A stretch of DNA of 64,000 nt. Source: Mustelus asterias (lineage: Eukaryota). The notes under the pieces were generated by a model. That model was not told where the DNA came from. It was given only the letters and a program-made list of their open reading frames with translations, and searched no databases. The stretch spans positions 46,686,001-46,750,000 of the forward strand of contig NC_135814.1 of assembly GCF_964213995.1 (NCBI RefSeq), in the 5' to 3' direction. Numbering within the stretch: position 1 is the stretch's first letter; every line of letters begins with the position of its first letter. Shown piece by piece: positions 1-12,491 of the stretch. The translations under genes and the position numbers were made by a program.

Positions 1-512
1 AATGATGGACAAGGCCATTGACAGTGGTATCAGGTGGCACTTACTCAGCAATAACCTGCTCATCGATGCTCAGTTTAGGTTCGGCCAGAATCACTCAGCT
101 GCAGATCTCATTACAACTTTTGTTCAGAGGTGAGTTTGAGTAACTGTTCGCGACATTAAGGCAGCATTCAGCCAAGTGTGGCATCAAGGAACAAAGTAAA
201 AGTAAAGGAGCCAAGTACAGCTGAATCAATGAAAACAAGGGGGAAAATTCTCCCTGATTGAGTGATCGCTAAGAGAAAGGAAGGTTGTGGTTGTTGGGAG
301 CCTATCACCTCAGCCCTAGTACTTTGCATTGCTGGATGAGTTCAACAGGATAGTGTCCTAGAAGCCCAATCACCTTCAGCTGCTTCATCGATGATCTTCT
401 CTCCATCATGGGCCGAATGGCCTCCTTCTGCACTGTAGGGTTTCTATGTCTCTAAGGTCAGAAGTGGGATGTTCATGGATGATCACCATGGTCACTTTAT
501 CTGCAACTCCTC
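1..512 (+). mobile_element. Degenerate CR1-clade LINE reverse-transcriptase fragment, same family as 27842-29193
   Basis: Shares blocks with the 27.8-29.2 kb LINE (gtgtggcatcaaggaac, caccttcagctgcttcatc, ccatcat|aaggtcagaagtg). Interrupted at 408-454 by a CR1/HE1 tail. Confidence 0.75.
408..454 (+). mobile_element. Extremely 5'-truncated CR1/HE1 3' tail inserted in the LINE
   Basis: ATGGGCCGAATGGCCTCCTTCTGCACTGTAGGGTTTCTATG matches the SINE tail at ~24344-24383 and splits the LINE sequence ccatcat/aaggtcag. Confidence 0.75.
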
Positions 513-536
513 TTCCATGGATATCATAGACACCAT

Positions 537-839
537 CATAGAATCCCTACAGTGCAAAAGGAGGCCATTTGGCCCATCAAGTCTGCACTGACCACAATCT
601 CACCCAGATCCTATCCCCATGACCCCATGCATTTACTGTAGCTAGTCCCCCTGTCACTAAGGGGCAATTTAGCATGGCCAATCCACCCAATCTGCACATC
701 TTTGGACTGCGGTGGGAAACTGGAGCACCTGAAGGAAACCCACACAGACACAGGGAGCATGTGCAAACTCCAGACAGATAGTGACCCAAGCTGGGAATCG
801 AACCCGGGTCGCTGGCGCTGTGAGGCAGCAGTGCTGCCC
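537..839 (-). mobile_element. HE1-type V-SINE with CR1-type tail (tail A)
   Basis: Reverse complement has the tRNA B box (GGTTCGATTCCC), the V core (GGGTTTCCTTCAGGTGCTCCAGTTTCC) and the tail GGGCCAAATGGCCTCCTTTTGCACTGTAGGGATTCTATG. Confidence 0.9.
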
Positions 840-844
840 ATATC

Positions 845-1040
845 ATATGTAGTGATTCAAACTGGCTGAAGAGTGGCTTCTGTGATGGTGGAAATCTCAA
901 GAGGAAACCAAAATCATTCACTCAGCACTTCCCTTCAGCTTTGTCTTTTGTTCTGATGTACTGAGCTCTGCCACCATTGAGAATGGGGATATTCATGGGC
1001 CATTGTCTGCCTGTTAGTTGTTAATTGTCCAGCAACACAC
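845..1040 (-). mobile_element. CR1-clade LINE fragment in opposite orientation
   Basis: Reverse complement reads tggacaattaacaactaac...atatccccattctcaatg...aaaagacaaagctgaag, as recalled for the pre-RT region of this LINE family. Confidence 0.55.
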
Positions 1041-1071
1041 ATTACAAAATGTGGCCAATTTAAGGCATTAT

Positions 1072-1418
1072 GGGGAGGCAGTGGCATAATGGCATTGTCA
1101 GTGGATTAGTAATCCAGAGAGCCAGGATAATTTTCTGGGGACCTGTGTTCAAATCCCACCATGGCAGATGGTGAAATTTGAATTCAATAAAAATCTGGAA
1201 TTAAAAGTCTACATGAAACCATTGTCAATTGCCATAAAAACAAATCTGGTTCACTAATGTCCTTCAGGGAAGGAAATCTGTCATCCTTACCCCATCTGGC
1301 CTATGTGTGACTTCAGATCCACACTAGAGTGGTTGACTCTTAAATGCCTTCAGGGATGGGCAATAAATGCTAGCCCAGCCTGTGACGCCCACACCCTATG
1401 AATGAATAAACAAAAAAA
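1072..1418 (+). mobile_element. tRNA-derived SINE with MetaSINE-like central domain
   Basis: Head with A box (GGCAGTGGCATAATGG) and B box (GTTCAAATCCC). Centre ATCTGGTTCACTAATGTCCTTCAGGGAAGGAAATCTG...GTGGTTGACTCTTAA. Tail GGGATGGGCAATAAATG...ATGAATGAATAAA shared with the LINE end at ~29130-29193. Confidence 0.8.
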
Positions 1419-2112
1419 TTAATACAGCAGTCCCACGTTAATTGAGATTGCATCTGTCTGCCCATGTTAAAGCCCCCAATTCTCCCAAATGCAATCCTCC
1501 CATCAAGTTCCAGCCAGCCCCACTCCCTCATCCCCCAGGTAGTTGCAAATTGGCTAAGTGAAGTAGGCAAGTCACATCATTTTCCAGCCTTGACATAACC
1601 AGGCCCTGCACTTGTAAAATCAACATCATGGGACAGCAGATCGTGTGAGAATCCTTTGGAAGCGAGCCTGTCATACAACAAAGTGTACAGCAAATGTAAA
1701 TGGGTGTTGATTAGTCATCGGAGATTGTGTAGGAGCTAGTATTACATTACAAAGAGCTTGATACTGTCAAGGATGCTTTGCAATAATTAGCAATGACAAC
1801 AATCCAACTCACCTCTATTCACAAGGTTACTGGAGTATTTTGTCCGCTGTATTGAACATCGACATAAGCGTGCTAAGTATATTAAAAGGACACATTTGCA
1901 TAATTTAGTGCCAGTTAGTCAACAACTAGATATTATTTTTATATTCAGTGTGTTAACTATCTCTATTTTTAATGACACTGACAATTTTCAAGTATACTGC
2001 ACTTGGAAATACAAAGCATTTGGGCCATTTTGCAGCCAGATTAGATTGGCAGCAAATATATGGTGTGGAGGCATGTTTTTTTATGTTGACAACAAAAATT
2101 TCAGCCCTGTAT

Positions 2113-2478
2113 CATCTGAGTGAGAAGGTTGCAAGTGCAAGACCCTCTCCTGAGATATTCATGGCTATCAAATCAGTGCAATACTCAAGTGCACTCAATC
2201 TGGGGTCCCAGCTGCCTTTTCAGGTATATGTAAATGATGCCAGGGCATTATTGAAGAAGACCAGGGGAATTCTCCCTGATCGCCAGGGCAATATTTTTCC
2301 GTCAACCAATGTCACTAGAATATGGTCATTCATCCAATTTCTGCCTGTAGGATTTTGTCTGCACAAAATTGACTGTTACCTATATAGCAATTGTAACTAT
2401 TTCAGAACTAATATATTGATGAAGTGCTTTGGGACATTCTGAAAATATTACAACTCCCATGTTAATGGAAGCTCTTTT
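2113..2478 (+). mobile_element. Old DeuSINE-like (SacSINE1-type) element
   Basis: ctgagtgagaaggttg...gaagaagaccaggggaattctccc...gcaatatttttccgtcaacc...aagtgctttgggacattctga. Homologous to 16868-17278 and 54820-55110. Confidence 0.7.
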
Positions 2479-3149
2479 AATGGCTATCTGGTGATATCGG
2501 AGGGCAGATAATTTATTCTAGCAAATTAACCAACATGCTGTCCAAAAATAATACACGATATGGACAGCACAGCGTAGCCTTCCAAGCCCAGTGATTGAAG
2601 AAAAGATGAAGCTTTCCTACATCAGCTGCATTGCTTGTTGCTTGTCAGGAAAAGGCCACTTTAAATTTACATGCTAATTGTGGCCAACAAATATTCGATT
2701 TGTCTATCTGGGCAGTACTGCGTTGATTCATTTCCATGTGGAAGAGATGGCGGCTTCAAAGTGGATAGGAATGCTCACAAAACGTTTGATCAAAACCAGC
2801 CAAAGCTGTCCTAGAGCAATTTTCATTCTGGATATTATTGTAGATATAGAAAAAGACTTGTACTCTCGTGGTTACATCTTTTCTCCTTCATCAGCTTTGC
2901 TCGCGATACTCAAAATTCCACACTATCGGAGCAACACTACTGGACATTGACTAACAGCATTTCATGGATCTCAAGCCTCTGGCCTCAGCTCCAAGCAAAC
3001 CAACATTGTATAGAGAGTTTGATTGTCTCTGTGTGTTCTTCTGTCTTGCAATACTATTAGAATTATAATTGTTATATTTATAATCCTACATATTTAGCCA
3101 CTGGGGATGTTTCCCAACAGCTGGAGCAGGCTGCAAGATGGAATGGCTA

Positions 3150-3289
3150 AGGGAAAAGCAAATTACTGCAGATGCTGGAATCTGAAACAAAAAACAGAAA
3201 ATGCTGGAAAATCTCAGCCGATCTGACAGCATCTGTGGAGAGAGAACAGTGCCCATGTTTCGAGTCTGGATGACCCTTCGTCAGAACTG
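3150..3289 (-). mobile_element. Penelope-like pseudo-LTR remnant (family 2) with degenerate minimal hammerhead
   Basis: Reverse complement: CAGTT-CTGACGA-A-GGGTC-ATCCA-GACTC-GAAAC, then tctctccacagatgctg...ttcagattccagcatctgcag. Related to 6492-6590, 51533-51608 and 52882-52986. Confidence 0.75.
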
Positions 3290-3413
3290 AATGATTACTC
3301 GTTGCATGGAAATGGACAATTGATTTGCATAATTAAGGATCCTATTAAGAGCCATTTAACAGGGCCATTGGCATTTGGCAACAGCAGAATGGCCCCCTGT
3401 TGCATCAGAAGGG

Positions 3414-3457
3414 GAAAAACAGTAAGAAGTTTAACAACACCAGGTTAAAGTCCAACA
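3414..3457 (-). mobile_element. 44-bp Penelope terminus micro-insertion with 12-bp TSD
   Basis: cagtaagaagtttaacaacaccaggttaaagtccaaca matches the terminus at ~32235-32272. Flanked by GCATCAGAAGGG at 3402-3413 and 3458-3469. Confidence 0.85.
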
Positions 3458-5422
3458 GCATCAGAAGGGTGACAGCTTCATGGAGTAGGGCTCCCAGCGA
3501 CAGCCTTGGGAACAGGCATCAACGCCCTATCGTGGTTAGTTGGAAGAAGTTGACCTCCAAGGGGATTTGAAATCCAAGGGGGCTTCCCCATGTCAGTGCT
3601 GCTTGCAGTGCCAAGGTCTGGTATTTTCTGACTGTAATCCGATATCTTGTTCCAATCTTTAGTCTAACAGCAGTAGTTTTTTTCTTAGCAGCATACACCC
3701 TATCATGTGCCTGCTGTTTCCAATGTAACTGATTGCTTGCAGGAGAGAACATCTGTCCTGAACAATAAGTTCCATTCTGCTTATCTAGCAGTTCCCTTAG
3801 CGCTTTGCACTTTTTTACTGAGTTGTAAAGCACACAGATGTGCACTGTAGGCTAACTTGTTCTGGACTTTCTCCAACTCATTGTTTCCTTTCTGAACCTC
3901 TTAAGAGAACTTATCAAGGATACACTTGTAATCTCCATCACATTCTTCTACTGCCGCTAGGGCATCATTTGCTCCTGATGCTCTTGTTTTCTGTTGTCAA
4001 ACTGTGTCTATCAGCCACATTCTGTCATATGCCAAAGCCATTGTTATCTTTGCTTTCACTACTCTACAATCTGGGGTGTTGTTCTGCTATGAACCTTGTG
4101 ATTGAACCCTCAGGCTCTGCAATTGAAATTCATGTACTCTCTTCTTTTCCTGACGACATTCTATCACTGTCCATCCCTGCACAGTTTATTTTCGAACCTG
4201 TGTTTACACAACTTGTTTACATATGATATCTTTTTAGGGGTCTGGCTTCCCTGTGCGGCTTTGGCTACTGTCTTTCCTGACTAACCCACCAGCACGGCTC
4301 TGCCTCCTCAGCTTATCAAGGGGTCTGGCCTCCCTGCATGGCTCTGCCTCCTCAACTTGCATTTCCTGTCTTGAGTTATATATAATATATACCCACCCTG
4401 TGTTCCAATGATCCAGCATGAGTATCTTGCCGACTACGCCAAATTGTTGTGGTGGACTTCTTCCAACTAATCACAGGTTACGATAGTTTATTCATGATTC
4501 AAGCATGGAGGGACCTGCCCCAGAGAAACTCTAAAATAGCACTCTCCTCTAAAACAGCTCTCATAGCTCTAATACAGCTCTAACAGGGAGAGTATTCTAA
4601 TACCACGCTCTCCCAAGTCACAGATACAGACTGCTTGCAGTTAGTCCATAGACAGAATATTGTTTTAAAATTCCAATCTTGCCTATGTAGGTTTGTTACT
4701 AAAAATTCACTCAAAAGCTTTTCTGTAATCTTCGAGCTCAGAACTGGCTGTTTTATCGAACAAGTAAAAAACGTTGCTGGCATATTCTGCTGAGATTAGG
4801 ACCTTGAGATATAGCATTTGACTAGCATGTGCTCTTACTCTAATGCAGGGGTGTTAAATCTATTCCCCCTTTTATTAAATCTATTAATTCACTCTTACTG
4901 GCCCAATCGCCCAATGAAGGGAAACAGGAAATACAGCACCCATGGTCTCAACAATCCCCCCAGAGGGGTTTCCTCTCCACTCTGCCATCGGCCATTCTGA
5001 ATTTTAGTTTTCAAATATTTGTCAAATGCCTCCATTTTGAGCTGTCCCAAGATCTCTGACTTCTCTGTAGCTCATCACAGCAATGATTGTGTGTTTTCTC
5101 CAGGCCCTACAAGCTTACCTGTAAATTTAGTGTGATCTGCCTGACCCTCCCATCTCCATGGATTCTGACCTCCCCCACCACCCTGACACCACCCTCCACA
5201 CCTCTCCCTCTGTGCCACCCACAACCATACTCTAAACTCACATGGCCACAACCTCACAATTTTGTCCACAGTCCACCCTTCAAACTTCCATCCCTCCTCT
5301 CCAACCAAACTCTATCCATTTCTTGACCACCACCTTGCCATCCTGTGATCTTGCTGACCATCCCCTCCCTCTTCCCCTTCACCCACCATGATCTCTAGGC
5401 ATAGGATTACACTGATTACCTT

Positions 5423-5930
5423 GAGTTAGAAAGAGATCATTCAGTCCAATCAGTTCCTCCCCCAACCAAGCCTCTTCCTATCTTTCCTCATCTAAAGTTA
5501 TCAATGTAACCACCTATTCCCTTCTCCCTTGTCCAGCCTCCCTTAATATATCCATCCTATACTATTTGCTTCAACCACTCCCTGTGGTATTGAGTTCCAT
5601 ATTCTCACCACTCTTTGTGTAAGGAAGTTTCTTTTGAATTTTCTACTGCATTTTTTGGTGACTATTTAATACGGAGAGATTCTTCCCACAAGAGGCAATA
5701 TTCTCCCTGTATCCACTTTTTGTGGATTTTAAGACCTATATTGGGTCACCTCTCAACCATTTTATTTCAAGACAAAAAGAGACCCAACCTGTTAATCCTT
5801 TCCTGATATGTATACCCGTACATATCTGATATCATTCTTGTAAATCTTCTCTGCACCCTCCCCAGTGCCTCTACATTCTTTTTATAATGTGGTGACCAGA
5901 ATTGTATGCAACACTCTAAATGTAGTCTTA
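5423..5930 (-). mobile_element. Degenerate CR1 LINE 3' fragment
   Basis: Reverse complement of typical CR1 ORF2-end motifs (cttctctgcaccctc, gtgaccagaattgtatgcaacactctaa, gagttccatattctcaccactctttgtgtaa). Confidence 0.7.
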
Positions 5931-6491
5931 TATAATGGTTTAATATGAAGGTAAGGGTAGGGTCTCACAGTGGGTAAGGAAACCCCCCTAGAACTTAGGG
6001 CTCGTGTTTACCTTTGTATTTCATTTGTTTTGGGGTTATAGAAACTCTGATCCACTCCTGTTATGGTACAGGCAGACTATATATCCTTGGGAGAGATGTT
6101 GTATTGCATCGTTGGAGCCTCCAAGATAGCTGGGGATGGGGGAAGCATTCTTTGGTGCATGTCCAAGTGTAGCACAAAAATCCTTGGTGGTTTAACCGCA
6201 ATTTTGCTTGTGCTAATATCCTGTATTTTTTATGGTTGAACAAGCAATGGCAGTCACTATTTTAAAGACGTAAGTTTCATGGCTCTGTCACCGGTATCCT
6301 GTGAGTTTATGTGTGCACCACTGAGCCAGTTGTGGCTGCATCCTGTTATCCTGATATCCTCCCCATCCTTCGATATATCATTTCATTACTTGTATGATGG
6401 GAGGCACTGGATACAATCAATAATCTGAACTAACTGTATTGGTTGCTTGTCAAAAATGAAAAATCATCAATAAAAATATATTTTTTAAAAA

Positions 6492-6590
6492 TAGCTCTGA
6501 AGAAGAGTCATAGGGACTTCTAACTCTTTCTGTCTCCACAGATGCTGCGAAACCTGCTTAGTTTTTTATGGCATTCTCTGTTTTTATTTT
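6492..6590 (+). mobile_element. Penelope family-2 remnant with broken hammerhead (GAAA deleted)
   Basis: CTGAAGA-A-GAGTC-ATAGG-GACTT, then TAACTCT...CTCCACAGATGCTG. Confidence 0.6.
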
Positions 6591-6928
6591 AAAAAGCAGG
6601 GCTTGACGGATTGAATTTTTGTTCTTACAGTGGGGGTCCCTCTCATGGGTTTGAAAGTGGGGGCCATGGAGGCAGCTGTCCCAGTCAACAATGGCTGCCT
6701 GCACACAAGACCATCCAGACACTCAGAGAGCTGACAGCTCAGCAGTCTTAGCAGTGCCACGAGGAATTGTGGCTGATTCATTATCAGACACAGAATAGAT
6801 ATGTCCCTGGACGCAGGAACACATGTCTATTCAATTTGGCAGTGAGCCGGTGGGAACCTCCACTTTGACCCCTATGGTAGCATCTACCATAACTAGGCAA
6901 CAGGGAAGTATCTTTAGCCAAAAAGGAA

Positions 6929-7268
6929 GTTATGTCTGGGTTTTAATGGACAAATGAGAAACCATCACACTGGAAAGTACAACACAGTTCGCTGAGGGAC
7001 TTGACAGAGATTTGTATTGATCTGTGTATACTAAATGAAATTAATTCTAAACTAATGAAGGGCGAGAAACCTGATAAAGAAAATGCAGAACTATTCTGTT
7101 TTTACTGATAACTTCAGAACTTGTCTGAGAGGTCCGGGTATTTTGTATCTGTGACTATGGAGATAACTTCTCCCATTGTTCACTGGTTTTTAATAAAAAT
7201 TTTACCTTTTGTACTGTGACATTGGTTTACTGAGTCTAATTGCCACCTCGTCGAAAACTCCGCTAACA
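6929..7268 (+). mobile_element. Possible solo LTR
   Basis: Starts GTTATG, has an internal AATAAA (~7191) and ends TAACA. No clear TSD. Confidence 0.3.
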
Positions 7269-7299
7269 GCTATCTTGCCCTAGATGCAATAGGACTGTA

Positions 7300-9850
7300 C
7301 AGTGGTTGAGGAGCTGAATTAGATCTGATGTTGTCCTCGGTTAGGCCTTATCATTGCACCTTTTTGTTCAATGACTTCTTGGTTCTGAACAAATCCCTGT
7401 CACTTTGGCATCTTTGGTGAGGTCCTGGATGCAAACCAATTGTTCCATCTGTAAACTTGACAATTCTGTACCTGCATTTTTGTTATGCAGGTTGGTCATC
7501 TTCTTTTGTAGTTCTGAAAGTTGCTCTCTAGTTCCTGAGAAAATTGAATGAGTAAGAGTAAATAAATTGGTACACACTGGTCTGCCAAACATGAGCTCTG
7601 CCATGTTGGAATAGTTGTAATTAAAGGTATCGCTCTCAGATATAACATTTCAATGTGTAGAACTTTCTTGGTCTGTCTACATTTGAGAATTAGGGATTTC
7701 AGTGTGTGAATCGTTTGTTCAGCTAGGTCATTAGATCTAATGAGGAAAATAAATAGTTTGATTGATATTCCACTTCTCACACATATTCTGAAATGACTTA
7801 CCTTTTTTAGTAATGATCTGAATGATCAGTAATGATTGGGGCGAATGGGATCAAAGGTATGGGGAGAAAGCAGGATTAGGCTATTGAGTTGGACGATCAG
7901 CCATGATCGTGATGAATGGTGGAGCAGGCTCGAAGGGCCGAATGGCCTCCTCCTGCTCCTATCTTCTATGTTTCTATGTTTCAATGTTTCTAGGCATGCC
8001 AAATAAACTGGAAATAGCACTGAGAGTGTGTGACAGTTGTGCTTTATGTATTGTGCAACTATTGAATAATTGTGTACTCGGTAAATAGTTGACGATGATA
8101 ATAAAGTCTGTGCCATGGACATGAAAGTAGTTGGATACGATTTTAGATTATGGGTGGATAGGAACCTTATGTGGAATCGTTGGTGCTTTGTGCTGACTTG
8201 GCATTTGCTTTTATGGTTCTTCATGCTTTTGACAATGACTTCAATATAATTGTTCATACCTGGTCCATAGACTGTCTTTCTGGCAAGCTCTTCTCATCCA
8301 ATCCATGCCTGTGCATGAGCGATGAACTTGTTGAAGAACATTAGGTTGCAAACTTTCTAGTATGATGATCTGCCTGCCTCTAAAAATGACTCCCCAGGAG
8401 ATGTCCAGCTTGTCCCAGTAAGGTCAAAAGGTGTTCATGGACATGCTAAATTGAATTAGACCATTCTTTGATAATGGTTTTCTACAGTTTCTGTGGTGTA
8501 GAATCTTTTGTCGTTTCTCCTTGTAGTTGTTTGCATTTGCATTGAACAAAATGTACCAGATCAATTGACGGACTTGCACCCTCCTGGAAGTGTAATGTTG
8601 CTGCCCCCAATTTTGTTGAAACTTTGTGGGTATTTTAATGTGAGGTTATGAACTCAGGTGATAGGAGTCATTTCTGAGATTGATCTGCCTTGTGGTGTCT
8701 TACTGATGTCATCAATTGTTACTAGTGGGAAATCTCAACATGCCGGTATTCTGCAATCTCCATGCCTTTAGTTTCCATGATGTAAAACATCTGTGACACC
8801 CAAGAGGATTGACTGTGCTTGCACTCCAGGACTATAGATCCTGTACATGGAATTAGTGATCCTTTGTGCAGTAAAGATTTCACAGTAGTAGCTTTCACCG
8901 TGGCCTTTCAGGTTTGTGGACATGTTCATTTAAAATTTGCAGGAGCAACATGTTGGTATTTGCCCTGTTGTTAACCTTAGCCCATAATGAATAGTTACCA
9001 ACTTTCTTGAGCAGATAATATGAATCTTGGAATACACTTGGAACAGTGTGATGGCATCTATTTTTCCCACAAGATTGACAGTGTGAAATATGTATTAGCT
9101 GCTCTTGACTCGTCGTGCACATCATCCTCATATTCTGGTTGGTCAATCGGATCATGCATGTGTTTCTGATGAGATACCCGATGGTCATTTTTATTGCTTG
9201 AATGTACCCATTGTATACAGTCTGTTTGGGTCAATGCATGGCTCTTCGTAGCTGCATCAGCCTCTGCTCTAGCGCACTGCTGTTGCCAGTTGCCCTGCCT
9301 TGCAGAATTGATGGAAAGCTGGATATTTCCTTGGTGCATACAGAAGTCCACATCTTTCACATGTCATGCGAGGTTTGGGCATTCCAGTCAGTGTGTCAAC
9401 AATTGGGGCTGTACTTAGGACCTGTAAGCTTTGTCAACTTGTGAGGATCATTTCATATTTATATCTATCCTTGAGTAGTTCTTCGGTGTTATATGTTTTG
9501 GGATAGCGGATCTTTCTGGAATATTTCCATGAGAGTGGATGTGATTACCAACTCAACTATTCTATCCACTAGCTCTGCATTTGTGAAATCACAGGGTATA
9601 CCCTTTTCTCTACATTTGTTGCCAACGTGGTCAATTGATTCTGTAGACTGTTGTAGAAATGACATGAATTCTAGTCGATGAATACGGAAGTTTAATCTAA
9701 TTCTTAATCAGTCTTCCAATGTAATCCATATCTTATGGGGCTCCTTTAGATCTTCTTCTGTTAATCCTGATGTGTTCAGCCTGAGTAGACTTTCATTCCC
9801 AATTACTAGGCAAATTTTTATTGCTTGCTTGCCTGGTTCACACACACTTC
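7300..9850 (-). mobile_element. Decayed Ty3/Gypsy-type LTR retrotransposon internal region (gag and integrase remnants, no RT seen)
   Basis: Minus-strand peptides: RSNDLAEQTIHTLKSLILKC...LYLRAIP (integrase SNG.AER motif), AELMFGRPVCTNL, YGPGMNNYIEVIVKS (Zn-finger-adjacent WPGM region) and gag-like FRIHRLEFMSFLQQSTESIDH near 9.6-9.7 kb. Many stops and frameshifts. Confidence 0.75.
7833..7982 (+). mobile_element. Young CR1/HER1-type 3' end nested in the Gypsy remnant
   Basis: gatcagccatgatcgtgatgaatggtggagcaggctcgaagggccgaatggcctcctcctgctcctat(ttctatgt)n with CpGs intact. Confidence 0.85.
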
Positions 9851-10695
9851 AATCAAAAAACCATAGGCTGCATTGTACGTGCCCCAGCAGGTGTGTCTTT
9901 GATTAAACCCATCCGCCTTACCCCTCTCTGACCTACCCAAATCCTCTCTGCCCAAGACACCAAACATACCTGTTTTTGGGGAGCCATGAAACTTCCATCT
10001 CCTTTTCTTGCAGTCTCAGCAGTGTCTACCAACGTGCTCTTAGCACTGTGGGACTGATAAAGCAATTGGATCGTCCAGCAACTCCTGAGGGCGACTTCCT
10101 CCCCCGCTCGCCCACAGTGCCTAATGGATGTGGGATGCGTCAGCATTGAATGGGTCAGCTGCACGCTGCCTTTGGGGCTTCCAGGAGGTGGTGTGGGTCA
10201 CCTCCCACCCCCGACACACCTCTCCCACCTCCTTAATATTCAGCCCCATACCTCTGTATACTATTTAAAGATTTTGAATTCAGATAGTAGGCCAATTGCA
10301 TTCCAGTTTCAACTGGGGAATTTTATGAACGTTCTGACAATATCCCTTTCACACTCTTGCTTCGATATTGCCTTGGATGGGTGTCGCTGTATAGCCACTT
10401 TCGCATGCTTATCCAAAGCTCTGCCCATGAAGGTGAATTGTCCTGACACTGAGTAATAGAATATTTGCTTTCTATTCAGTTTATTGTTCAGCAACACCCA
10501 AAGCCACCTGTTATAATCACACCCACCTCCGGCCTGATTTTTATGACATAATTTTCTTTGACTCTTTGCTCGCTATGGATCTGGCCCACTCACCTGCTCA
10601 CTCACCTTTCCTGACTGAGCTAGCCCAGTGCTAGTCCTCTCAATGTGCTGGCCCAATCACTGAACTGAGGGGTTTGTGCTGCAATCTCACCATCA

Positions 10696-11003
10696 GGGGT
10701 GGCACGGTGGCACAGTGGTTAGCACTGCTGCCTCACAGCACCAGGAACCCGGGTTTGATTCCAGGCTTGGGTCACTGTCTGTGTGGAGTTTGCACGGTCT
10801 CCCTGTGTCTGCGTGGGTTTCCTCCGTGTGCTCTGGTCTCCTCCCACAGTCCAAAAGATGTGCTGGCTAGGTGCATTGACCATGCTAAATTCTCCCTCAG
10901 TGTACCCGAACAGACGCCAGAGTGTGGCGACTTGGGGATTTTCACAGTAACTTCATTGCAGTGTTAATGTAAACCTACTTGTGACTAATAAATAAAATTT
11001 AAA
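10696..11003 (+). mobile_element. HE1-type V-SINE with alternative tail (tail B)
   Basis: Full tRNA head GGGGTGGCACGGTGGCACAGTGGTTAGCACTG, V core, and tail ...TTCATTGCAGTGTTAATGTAAACCTACTTGTGACTAATAAATAAA. Confidence 0.9.
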
Positions 11004-11116
11004 CGTCGGATTCCGCTTACTTACCACCTCTTTACCTGAGCTCTAACTCGGTGTTGTGTCTTCAAAGCTTCTCTTCACAGTCACCACACTGCGTTTTGAA
11101 CACTCTCTGATGCTTT

Positions 11117-11301
11117 GGGCAAGATCCTCCAATCTCCCAGCCATGTGTTTCCCACCAGCGGTAGGTGGCATATTGTTTGCTAACAGCAGGATCTTCCACC
11201 ACTGTCAATGGGAATTCCCACCGTGGGAAATCCGCGGGCAGAGTGTGCTGCCTGCTGGAATGGAGAATCCTGCTGGCATGAACGGTCAGAGAATTCCGGC
11301 C
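11117..11301. mobile_element. Harbinger-type MITE, same family as 53305-53518
   Basis: Imperfect TIRs GGGCAAGATCCTCC / AGAGAATTCCGGCC. Colinear with 53305-53518. Confidence 0.7.
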
Positions 11302-12491
11302 TATAACTTTGTTACAGTCTGACCAAAACATTGAGCATGATTTAAGGTGGTTCGATATGTTGGACCTTTTCTTAATCTTGCTGCCACCTGTCTTATCACC
11401 ACTGATCACAACGCCATGTTATTATAATGATAGAATGGCTTGAGCTTATTTACTGTAAAAGATATGAGGCACCAATACCTCATAAGGGATTGGGTGAACA
11501 CATTGTGGGTTCATTCATGAAGACCCGGCACAGGAGAACAGTTATACATAGGGATAAAACTTGGAGGCATCAGAGCTATTTTCTTCTTTGCTCAAAACAA
11601 ATATTAAACTAAGACTGCGTCACATGACACATTTCCCTCCTTGTGATGTAATGCTGATATCCCTTAAAGGCATATTACAACAAAATGATCTCTGCTTTGC
11701 ATACAGTTGACATTTTGCTACTTGGAAACAATATTGGATTTCTGTTTAATTTGCAAACCATTTTAACTTTGCTGTTTGCATATAGTCGCTTTTCAAAAAG
11801 CACCTTAAATGGTGCTGAACAAAGGACAAACCATAAGCCTCTTTCAAAGCAGGCATTGAATAAAGTTATTGAATGTATAATGTCTGCAGGAAAGTCATTA
11901 ACATATTTATTTATGACTCAGTGGCCAACAAGGGGAAACTAAGAATCAGATGGCAGGGAAAACATGCCCGTTTTGTGTTTTTGTTTGATTAAGTTTTTAA
12001 TATGCAGAGGAATAGGTTGACATGCAGCACTTAACAGCTTAATGGGGACTAACTGAAAACCTCTGATGTTGCCACTATGTTTTGGTTGGCTGAAGTAAGC
12101 AATTCCAAATTTTTTTTTATTTACTGATTGGTTGATTTCTTTTTGGTCTATTTTGCTTAATAATCATGAAAACAATCATGAGGACACAATCTTCCCCAGA
12201 AAGACAAGTCATGGTCAATTATGTCATCAACTCTGCAATGACAATGTAATCATTTAGGTGCCTCTGAATTTGGTGACTGCCCCCCCCCCCCACCCCCTCT
12301 GCCCAGCATGGAGGCGGAGTCCATTTAGTTGGTGGTCTCTGCATGAGGCAAGGGGGGCGCTCTGCGCACCAGTAAAGTGCACATGGCTCCCAGTAAAATC
12401 GTCCTTAACTGGGGCCTTAATTAGGTAATAGGCTCCCCCCCAACCCCCATGATGCTAGCAGCCCAATATCTTACCACTTAAGCAATGCGTA

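Noticed and set aside
577-921. Recurring ORFs of the type AQWLALLPHS...GHCLCGVCTFSPCLRGFPPGAPVSSHSPK (also at 10674, 17407, 24014, 37798, 48861, 62329)
   Set aside because: Chance translations of the non-coding V-SINE head and core, not a gene family.
3519-3845. 108-aa minus-strand ORF, possibly an old gag-like remnant
   Set aside because: No diagnostic motif, so I cannot support a call.
10696-10770. tRNA genes at SINE heads
   Set aside because: A and B boxes are present, but each continues into a SINE core and tail. There is no standalone tRNA with a terminator.
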